Shown piece after piece: positions 53,623 to 64,000 of a stretch of 64,000 nucleotides of DNA. The DNA is from Octopus vulgaris (Eukaryota). The DNA lies in assembly GCA_951406725.2 (NCBI GenBank), contig OX597832.1:36704001-36768000 (forward strand), in the 5' to 3' direction. The notes below the pieces were generated by a model. That model worked only from the letters and a program-made list of their open reading frames with translations, made no database searches and was not told the origin of the DNA. The number at the start of each line of letters is the position of its first letter. Within the stretch, counting starts at the first letter, position 1. The translations under genes and the position numbers were made by a program.

Positions 53623-55320
53623 ATGCATTCCTGGAGGGTAATGTTAACTAGCTGAAGAGAGAGTCTGATGAATAGACAATGATGAGTGAGTGAATAGTCG
53701 TTAACCATGGAGGTAAGTAGAGGCTTCTGGAATCGATGCTCTGAGTTTTGTGTTGATGATTTTACAAATGATTGCCGTAGTGAAGCAATATTACAATATA
53801 TAAGCAAATAATATTTGTAAGCACATGGAAGTATGCTTATTTATTGCAGTTTTATTGGTTGCTAAAAAAATATGAGAAAATCTGTCACACCTACATCTCT
53901 TTAGTTGTCATTCATGGAGCTTTTGTTCATAAAGAAATGAGTGATTTTTTCCTTTCTTATATCATCATTTTTTAAGGTATGGTAAATCAATTTACTGGGT
54001 TTTTGATGTGGCTTTCAGGTGGAAAGTGTTAAAGGAAATAGAGACTATTTTAGCTAGTTGGTAGTTGGAAATTTCCCAATATGTGTCGATGGAGTTGTTT
54101 GTAAGAATTCACCGATTCTAATGTTTTATTCAAAATTGCAAGGCTGTTATGGAATGTTGTGTTGCTCTGAAAGCTAAAAATAAAAAATGACACCTTCTGG
54201 AGCCATTAATGTAGAAATAAGCCTGTAACATATGATTAGCATTGAAGAGTGAGGTTTGAAGTGGATGATGTGTGTGAGAGAGAGAGAGAGGTACTTTGCT
54301 TATAATACAGAGGTGGGGGAGTGGTGGATGACATGTTGGGTGATACAATATAACTGAAGTGTTGGTAGTTTTTGTTGATGTGTAGCCCAAGGTCAGCCCT
54401 GATTTGACAGTTCTATATTCAAAGATGTTCCAACTATGATTTTTTTGTAAGCAAAAATTAAAACAAAGAAAATTATCCATTTGTATATCCAAGAATGACT
54501 TTCTATTTTAAAGATGTTAGGGTATGATTTGAGGGAATTTGGCTACTATTTCTTGCAAATGAGCTTCTCTAGTTGCCCACTTATTGGTTCAAAGCAACTA
54601 CTGAGTTGGTGAGATTGTAGGGGGCAGGTATCTTTAGTACAGTTGGTAGATTTTCATAGCACAGGGAATTGGTGTCTGTTGTATAGAAGATAAGTAGACC
54701 AAGGAAGGTATGGCAACGCTAATGTAGTTAGATCTGAGATTGTTGGGCTTTGACTTAAAACCGGATTAAAGAGTGAAGATATTTGGTGACGTAGACATAT
54801 CCAACCCATGCAGTGAACGTGGAAAAATAGAACCACAGCAATGATGAGAAAGATGACCATAATGATGATGATGATGATTATTATCACAATCATCATCATC
54901 CCTATTTTTATATTGTTTACATAACTCCCTCCCCATTTGTGAATGCATCTAGATTTCATGATGGATCTAACCAGATTATCTTTTTCTTTCTCCAGATTAT
55001 CTTTCTCTTTCTAACCCTACAATGATAGTAGGGTGTGCTTTGAGGGAATTTCACTTCTACTTCTCATTGTGTTAATGACTGCATAGAGACTCCTTCATTG
55101 ATATGCTGTAGTGGTGGTAAAATGTAGTGTGGAAGAGTGTAGTTGTGTTAGTGTAATGATGATTAGTGTGAAAGGGAGGTGAAATGTAATGGTGGAGAAT
55201 TGTAGTTGAGGTGCAGTTTGTAAGGGGAGGAGAACTAGTATAGTGGAGATAGTGTTGGGGTGGTAGTAAGAAGTGGAGGTATGTAAGGAGAGGACTGGTG
55301 TAGGGTAGTAGTTAGAAGTG

Positions 55321-55475
55321 GAGGTATAGTATGTAAGGAGGGGACTGGTGTGAGGTATAGTATGTAAGCAGGGGACTGGTGTGAGGTATAGTATGTAAGG
55401 AGGGGACTGGTGTGAGGTATAGTATGTAAGCAGGGGACTGGTGTGAGGTATAGTATGTAAGGAGGGGACTGGTGT
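55321..55475. repeat. 31-bp minisatellite, 5 copies
   Basis: gaggtatagtatgtaag(g/c)aggggactggtgt; degenerate copies extend left to about 55235. Confidence 0.9.
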
Positions 55476-56774
55476 AGTGGAGGACTTGTGATCCTATAGG
55501 GGCTTCCCACTTGTCTCTGGTTCAGTGAGTGTGAAACATTGTAGGAAAGAGTTGGGAGGAGTTATTCAATGGGTGTATATATAAATGAGTATGTAGATAA
55601 ATGGGTATATACATAAAAGGTTTTACTATTGATGAAAGCATTTCAATTAGAAATATCTGTTTGAAAGACACGTGTCATGTTCAAAGTGATAACAATAAAA
55701 TATTGTACTTGGAAGCAGGGATTCTTTGAATCGCTGCTTATTTCAATACAAATTGTTGAGCAATTGAAAAATCGACTTCAATATGTAGCAATTAATATAG
55801 TCTATCGGTGCACTAAACATTGGTGGTGATGGCAGGGAAGGTCTAACTAAAACATGCACATACATATATATGCATGCATATACATACACCTACTCACATG
55901 TTATTGTGTGTTTGTGTGTGTAAAGAAAGAGAGAGATACTTGGGTGGATAAGTTGGTGGTTGGAAAGTTAGATGGGTGAATTATTGGATGGACGAATGGA
56001 CCGGCTGGTAGCTAGATTAACGAACTGGCAGGTAAATGAATGGAGAAAATGCCAGGTTGATAGACCTGTAAATAGCTAGATAGATAGAGAGGTTGATAGA
56101 CTGGTAGGCAGGTACTTAAGTAACCAGACAGACAGATGGATAGACTGGTGGTCAAATTCATTGGTAACCAGACAAATGGATGGATAGATAGCCAAATACA
56201 TAGGTAATCAGACAGACAGATAGATTGAGATAGACTGACAGTCAAATACATAGGTAACCAAACAGGCAAATAGATAGATATCGGTAGGTAGGTAGATAGA
56301 AGGATGGGTGTGTTGTGGGTGGGTGGATGTGTTTCCATACAGTGTAAGATAGAATTAGGCAAGCATTGTAGATCTCATAGACAATAATGATTGTGGCTGG
56401 AATATATAAAAGTTTTAGAGAGTTGGAAAGTACAAAGTGAAAGTGGGTGTTCTGGTGAAGCCAATATATTGGAATTAATGGATAAGATGTTACTGGAACA
56501 TATAGGATATGGGTGTGGTATGGTGTGTGTGGGTATGTGTAAGAAGGGAACAGTGGTACTGTAGTACATTAACTCACCCATTGATATGACCTGTCTAGAA
56601 AATACAAATATATACATAAATCCCTGTGCAAGTGTGTGTATGTGTGTGTTGATGTAAGCGATATAGTGTTGAAATTGCTATAGATATGCATATGTATGTA
56701 AATATGTGACTATGCATACTAATGTATGCGTGTACTCTTTTGTCTGTGTATGGATCTGTGTGTGTGTGTGTGTG

Positions 56775-56813
<39 letters not shown>

Positions 56814-57434
56814 GTACATTCCTGCTGTATTTTTTAACTTCTTCATTTTCCTCCCTCGTCTTTTACCCCCATCTCTTACATCCCTTCCTCTTCATCTTCT
56901 CCATCTTACCATCCACACCTCCTCTCCCCTATTGCCTCTAATAGAACAGCTTGGGGAATCTGGAAGAGCCACAAATGTCAAAAATCAATATTAGTAGTTT
57001 AGATGTGAATATCAGATCGATAATCAATAGCCAATAATACTTAAGCAGCACATTGTGACTGGTGGAATGGAACCACTAAAATACAAACACACAACGGCCA
57101 GCTGGAGCAATTTCCTATAATGACTGAAAAATGCTTCAAATCCAAAATAAAAAAAAACCCAGCTTACTTATATCCAGTGTTTTGTTATCAATTTTATTTT
57201 TACTTTACCGTAATTATATTATTTTATATAATTATATTTTATTTTCTATATTTTATTTTGTTAAATATATTCTTAGCAAAGGAAGAAAGTTATTAGATAA
57301 ATGTATATTTGAGTGTCTGGCAAAGAAAAAATATATAAATGTAATGATTTTTATTTTGTGTGTATGTGTGTGTGTGTGTACATAGGTAGGTAGCTAGTTA
57401 GATAGTTGTGTGTGTCTTTGTATATCTTTTATCC

Positions 57435-57745
57435 TATACTTGTTTCAGTCATTGGACTACAGGCCGTCCTGGGGTACTTCCCTGAAATTATTTTGATCTA
57501 ATAGTCCGTAGTTATTTCTTAAGTCTGATACTTATTCTAGTGACCTCTTTTGCCATTCTGCTAAGTTACGGAGACATACACATACCAGCACCAGTGGTCA
57601 GGCAGTCGTGTGAGGATTAAACACACACACGTGGCAGGTTTCCACACAGTTTCCATCTACCAAATTTACTTTTATTGGTTGGCCCAGGTACCAAGCAGTG
57701 GAACAACCTGAAAGTACACAGTTGCAAAGTGAGCTTTTTAACCAC
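57435..57745 (-). mobile_element. SINE family A, diverged
   Basis: cttgtttcagtcattggact...gctaagttacgg...cagtttccatctaccaaat. Confidence 0.65.
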
Positions 57746-58197
57746 CCACTCTTCTAGCCTATGCTTACGAATGTATGCTTTACTTCTATTTTGTCCTTGC
57801 TTGCATGGGTTGGACAAATTGTGTTTTCTGAGGCATTGTTTTACAACCAGACTTCCTTCCTGATGTTAGCCCTTACCTGTTTTCCAAGTAAGGTGTTACT
57901 TATTCCACACAGCTGCATAGACAAGAAGTACCCAGGCAATTTGGTGGTTGGAGAAACTAACAACAGCCAATGCTCAATACATTTCTGTACAAGAGATTAC
58001 AGATGCATACACACACACACACACACTCATGGCATTCTTCTTTAAGTTTCCCAAGGTGCCATGCAATGGGACTGAACCAAAAACCATGTGGTCGGGAAAT
58101 GAACTTTTCAACTACACACCCATGCCTCTACCTATACATAAACTTTTGGTCTACAACATGCTTTCATAAATATGTACAGGTATGTGTACATATTTAT

Positions 58198-58259
<62 letters not shown>

Positions 58260-58266
58260 ACACACA

Positions 58267-58311
<45 letters not shown>

Positions 58312-58326
58312 ACATAACTACATATA

Positions 58327-58680
58327 GGCACCGGCATGGCTGTGTGATAAGAAGTTTGCTTCTCAACCGCATGTCCCTGTGTGACACCTTGGGGCAGTGT
58401 CTCCTACTATAGCCTGTGAGTGGATTTGGCTGATGGAAACTGAAATAAGCCTGTTGTGTGTGTGTATATATATATATATATATGGATGGATGGATGGGTG
58501 GATGGATGGGGACACACATGTGCGTGTTTGTGGGTCTTTGTCCCCTACCACTGCCTGGTAACTGGTGTAGGTCAGTTTACGTCTCTGTAACGTAGCAGTT
58601 CAGTAAAAGGACATCTAGGATGAGCATCAGGCTTTAAAGAAATAGATAAATACTGGGGTCGATTCATTTGACTAAAAAAG
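58327..58680 (+). mobile_element. SINE family A
   Basis: catggctgtgtgataagaagtttgctt...gtgagtggatttgg...aaatactggggtcgattcatttgact. Confidence 0.7.
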
Positions 58681-59180
58681 TCATCACCATCATCATTTAA
58701 CGTCTGTTGACCATGCTGGCATGGGTTGGATGGTTTGACTAGGCTGGCACACTGGAAGATTGAACCAGATTCCAGTCTGATTTGGCATGGTTTTCCATGG
58801 CTGGATACCCTTCCTAACACTAACCAGTCTGAGAGGGTAATGGGTGCTTCTATGTGCCACAGGCACTGGTGCCATTTGCATGATACCGGGATGCTTTTAT
58901 GTGCCACCAGCATGGGTGCCAATTTGTGTGACACCAGTATCTTCTACGACTGCAATTTTGCTCCGCTTGATGGGTCTTCTTGTCAAGCACCACATAATGC
59001 CAAAGGTCTCGATCACTGGTCATTGCCTCTGTGAGGCTCAAAGTTTGAAGATCATGCTCCACCACCTCGTCCCATGTCTTTCTGCACCTACCTCTACCAC
59101 AGGTTCCCTCTATGGAGGTTAGCACTTCTTTACACAGTTGTCCTTGTCCATACGCATCACATAACCATACCAGTGCAGTC
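58681..59180 (-). mobile_element. RTE-clade LINE 3' end (ORF C-terminus, 3' UTR, (GAT)n tail)
   Basis: IEGTCGRGRCRKTWDEVVEHDLQTLSLTEAMTSDRDLW matches the RTE C-terminal RGRP.K.W...DR..W motif; tail ...gacgttaaatgatgatg. Confidence 0.85.
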
Positions 59181-59225
59181 TTGTGTGTGTCTGTATATAT
59201 ATGTATATATATATGTGTGTATATA

Positions 59226-59271
<46 letters not shown>

Positions 59272-59580
59272 TACACATACACACATACTCACACACATTA
59301 TTTTATTTCATGTATGTGTATTTATATATTTATGTATTTTATTTCATATGTTTATCAATTCTACTACTTTTATTTTCTCTTAACTTTTAAACTTTTCTTA
59401 CAAAAGGCAATTACTTTTTTTTATATATATATATATTATTATTATTTCAAAGATATCCCCATCTCTGCCCTTATTTTTATCATGTCCTCCATTTTCTTCC
59501 TATCAATTTCTAGCCAATTTCCCTCATTAATTCTACAACCAAATACATCTACACCATTCGTCTAATATATGTGTATACAC

Positions 59581-59611
<31 letters not shown>

Positions 59612-60379
59612 CACACACCACACACAATACCTTGTAGTTAATCTTTTAGATATATATGCAATTACTTCTCGTTATTTCATACTCATTTTATTGCTCTTCA
59701 GAAGATGGTTTGGGTTAGTTTTACATTTTACTATATATATATATATATATATATATTAATTTTAACACCACCACCACTACCTCCCTCTGTTACTTATTAT
59801 GTTTAAAAATGTACTTTTATCTTTTAGAGCTTTGCAAAGCCACGCACACACACACACACTTTCTCTCTCCTTCTGTCTCTGTCTAAATGACCATTAAAAA
59901 AAATTATATCTTATCGCCAAAAGTTAAAATTGTAAATGATGAATGGATGATGGATGGTGGGTGAAGTAAATATATACATGTGTGTATTTATCATCATCAT
60001 CATTCATCACAATTATTTTACACCCATATAAAATATATCTATGTATGGATGTGTGTATGTGCGGGTGTACATACATACATACATACAGTAGTTGTGCATT
60101 GCCAATCTTTTCACTTTTGTTAAAGTGATGAAAAAAATTACTCTAAATTGGAAAATAATTTGAGATTGATTTCATGTATGTGTGTGTGTAGGTGCAAGTA
60201 TGTATACATGAACAGGGAGTGTGTTTGTATGTGTTGCCAAGACACATCACTGCCCTCTGATAACAGTTGTTATTGATGCTATTGCGTTGGTTACTTTATT
60301 CATTAGTCTTGAATGATGAAACTGGCATTGGTAGTTCATATCTTGTCAACAGCACCAGCTCTCTACATCTCGAATACTA

Positions 60380-61268
60380 TTAGGTTGTCAAGTATGAAAT
60401 TAGTAGTAAGGTGTATGGTAAACTTTGACATCTGATCATTTTGCGCTATTGTTATATTTTGACAATCTTTATTTTTTGTTAGAAAGCTGCCACATCTATT
60501 TCTTTATTCTAACTCATTTTGTGCTTTATAAAGTATTTATAAATCATTTTTTGCTGCTTTTGTTTAGAGATGGATAAGTTGAAAATTTGTAGTTTTGAAA
60601 TAGGAGTTCTTTCTTGCAAACAGACAGTATCAAATTGGTTTGCAAAATTTTGTTCTGGTAACTTTGACCTCACAAATGAGCAACACGATTGACTAGAAAC
60701 AAAGGTGGATAATGACGAACTGAAAGCCACCATCGAGTCAGATCCATCTCAAAGTGCCTGTGAATTATAATTGTTGTTTGGTGTTAGTAAGCAAACAATA
60801 TTGACTCACCTTGTTCAAATCGGTAAAGTGAAAAAGTTGGATAAGTGGGTTCCACATGAACTCAATGAAAATCAGAAACAGCAACATTTGGAAGCCTGCA
60901 TTATTCTAATTTCCTGACACAAAATTGAATAATTTTTTAATCGAATTGTAACATGTGATGAGAAATGGATCCAATACAGCAACCATAAATGTTCAGCACA
61001 ATGATTGGACAAAGACAACCTCCCAAAACACAATCCAAAAAGCAAAATTCATCAAAAGAAGCTGCTGGTGTGTGTTTGGTGGTCTGGCACAGGTGTGATC
61101 CATTATGATTTCATTAAACCTGGCTCATCAATCATGGCCAAAGTATACTGCAATCAACTGGACCAAATGATGCAGAAACTTACAAAAACAGCCTAGATTA
61201 GTCAACAGATCCACTCCTATTTTATTGCAAGACAACGCCAGACCACACATCGCAAAAATGACATGGAC
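60380..61268 (+). mobile_element. mariner (DD34D) transposon remnant with stops, 3'-truncated by a SINE
   Basis: TA-TTAGGTTG terminus; ATG at 60570; WVPHEL, RIVTCDEKW, IHQKKLLVCVWW..GVIHY and ILLQDNARPH motifs. Confidence 0.92.
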
Positions 61269-61429
61269 CCTAGTATTTGTTTCTTTTTGTTTTGTTCTTT
61301 TAAAGCCTGGTACTTGTTTTGCCACTCACTTTTGCCAAACAATTAAGTTATGAAGTTGTAAATAAATCAACATCGGTTGATCAGCAGCTGGAGAGGTGAC
61401 AAGCACAAAGACATCCTTATATACATACA

Positions 61430-61640
61430 TGCAAGTGCCAATCTCTTGAAGAGGAGGAACATGGGCAAGTGGGAGACCCAGGAAGACGTGGGATGGAGTA
61501 CTGAAGAACAACCTCAGGAAGCTGAACCTTTCAGGTGAGATGGCAAAGGACCGAGACACCTGATGCCTGGCAAGAAGACCCATATCCCACCGCAGAAATG
61601 TTAAGACCAATCCTTAGGACCAAAGGACGTTAAATGATGA
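61430..61640 (+). mobile_element. RTE LINE 3' fragment nested in a family A SINE
   Basis: GRPRKTWDGVLKNNLRKLNLSGEMAKDRDT* followed by ggacgttaaatgatga; SINE A halves at about 61290-61420 and 61650-61790. Confidence 0.75.
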
Positions 61641-62696
61641 CACACACAACAGGCTTCTATACAGTTTCCATCTACCGAAGTCCCTCATAAGGCCTGGGAT
61701 TGTGTTAAGACACATCTCCTAAGTGCTGCTTAGTGGCATTGAACCGGAGACCAAGTGGGTTCAAAGCAAGCTTCTTAACCTCATAGCCATGGAAGGAGGG
61801 ACAGAGCCCATAACTGTAAGCATGTGAAGGTGGAAGTCATTCTTTAAACCAGACCCTCAGCCTGAATGTTTGAGGGCCCTGCTGAAGACATCCAAAGTGA
61901 CTGAGATAGAGTTTGTAATAGTGGTGGTGGTGAAGATGGGGTTGAATTTTGGGCTTGTGGTGACGGTGGTAGTTCTTAACCTGTGGGGAAAATAGTATCA
62001 AAAGTGTTGGTAATAGTAGTGGTGGTGATGGTGGTGGTAGCTTTTATGAATAATAGTGATGATGATGATAAAGGTAGATAGATGCTGGCAAAATTGTAGT
62101 GATGGTTGTGGTGAGGATAGATGGATATTAATATGGCGAGAGGTAATGGTTGGGGTGGTCTTACTAATTCCTTTACTTAATCTTGTAGTTTCTATTTCCA
62201 ATTTTCTTAATTATCATTGTTGTCATCATCACCATCATCATCATCATCACCAGTTGTTGTGATGGTTGTGGTATGACTGAAGTACTTTAATTTTCTTGTT
62301 AATCTTGTTGTAACTTCTTCCATCTTATTACTCATCATCATCATCATCATCATCACTGGTAGTAGCAGTAGCAGCAGGAGAACCATTACCATCGCCACCA
62401 CCACCACCTTCATCATCATCATCATCATCATCACCATCAGTGAACACCATTTATCAGTGGAACATGTTCAGTCACGTAGCAGAGCTCTAAAGAAGGATTT
62501 ACTCCAGAGAGGAAGAAGATCTTGCATAATTTCTTCATTAGTTTTTAAGCTACCCCAACACACCATGCATGCTTGCACACACACACACACACACACTTTT
62601 ACATACTTAAACATACATGCATACTCACAGACATGCCCATAAATATTTATATATACACACACAAACATATATATATATATATATACATCTACATTA

Positions 62697-62733
<37 letters not shown>

Positions 62734-64000
62734 GCTATATTCCTCATTAATATGGACTGATGAAGATGAGAAATAAATGATCTCGCACAGTTTCTTCATT
62801 TCTTTTTTTTTTATTCTGCTTCCACTCATGCCCTACCAACCTTTCTCTTTCTCTCTCCCACACACAGGTATATATTGTAATATAACCTATCATCATACCA
62901 TCATCTCTTTACATTGTGTTGTGGGGGTGAAGAGAGGAGAAACAGAGGTACTCCCACTCCTTTTTGACTTCATTGTTTTATACTCCTGCCACTAATACAA
63001 CATGTTATTGAGGCTTATTTCCTACTCTAAGAGTTGTTTTGCTAATCCACTTTATAGTGTCTGTCAGGAGCTGAGACGGGGGAAGTGGTGGTTGTGTTAG
63101 TGATTAAAGACCCACATGGCTATAGATACAATCCTTGTGTTCCTCTTCAGGCTAATGCTCTTCTAAAAACCATATTTTATCCCTCTCCTTTGTTCAACAT
63201 ATTGTGTTAATGCATTGTGAAAGCCCCTCCCCCTCTTTTATCTTATACTAATTTGCTATTTCTCCCTCGTGATTCTGCATCTATAATGTTGGTTATTGAC
63301 TGAGGAGGGCAGAGAGAATGAAAGAGGAGGGGTGATGGAGAAAATTGATTCTTGCATCCTCTGAGAATCTTTAGAAAATGGTAATATAAGAACAGTAGGT
63401 AAGGAAATTGCATATAATGGTCTCTGGAACCATTAGTGGAGGAGGTAAGGCACGAAGGATTGCGGTATTCTAAATGTAAGGGATCCCTTTCAATATAAAT
63501 AGATCTTTCGCTATTTATTTCTTCTTAGATAGTAAAACAGACTCCCCAAAATCCTTTGATGGAATGGTTATTAAGGCTAGCTGTATCATAAGACCACCAA
63601 AGATGGAGATAGATTAACAATATCTTGAGAAATTCTTCAGTTTTCTTGAGTCTGTTGCTCCAGGAGACATTTCCTCGGCATTACTTTCTCTAAAACATAG
63701 AATTAAGTAAATATTGTTATATGAATGCCATTTCTGATCTCAGAGAATGAAGAATTCAATGAAAGATATACAGCTAAAATATTGAGTTGTGTTGGACAAT
63801 GTTGTAATTGTTGTTGTTGTTTGGCTCCAGCTTAGTTACAGTCCTGCTTACCAATGATATCAAAAATATTCCAGCTATGACAATCCTATTTTCTTTTTTT
63901 TTTTTCCTTTTCTTTTTGGCTTTTCAAACATAGAATATCTTGAATTACATAACTCCAAGTGACTTTCATTTTCTTCAGAAAATGTAATTTGAGAGTAATT

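Overview
This is AT-rich animal DNA dense in microsatellites. The SINE, RTE-tail and MITE content suggests an Octopus/coleoid genome, which is an inference from repeat families I recognise. Almost all ORFs in the supplied track are artefacts of (TA)n/(TG)n/(CA)n/(CT)n repeats. The window appears to be intronic sequence of a + strand discs-large (Dlg/MAGUK) gene. The one well-supported exon is a 48-nt phase 0/0 exon at 29266-29313 (VDFEQDWEYEEIALER), the peptide leading into PDZ1. Upstream lie a candidate alternative first exon (23620-23690) and a 25-nt microexon (24521-24545) that join it in frame. Directly downstream lie two exon-like segments (29516-29658, 30262-30374) that read as a highly diverged PDZ1 copy with Dlg-like intron phases. 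The introns hold many decayed mobile elements: three tRNA-headed SINE families, RTE LINE 3' ends, a Penelope-like element, a Gypsy pol remnant, mariner and maT-like transposase remnants, and piggyBac-, hAT- and Merlin-like MITEs. The most unusual signal is several unrelated short elements carrying minimal type I hammerhead-ribozyme cores in tandem or inverted arrangements (retrozyme / Penelope pLTR-like), mostly antisense to the host gene. All protein and family comparisons are from memory and all alignments are by eye; no search was run.
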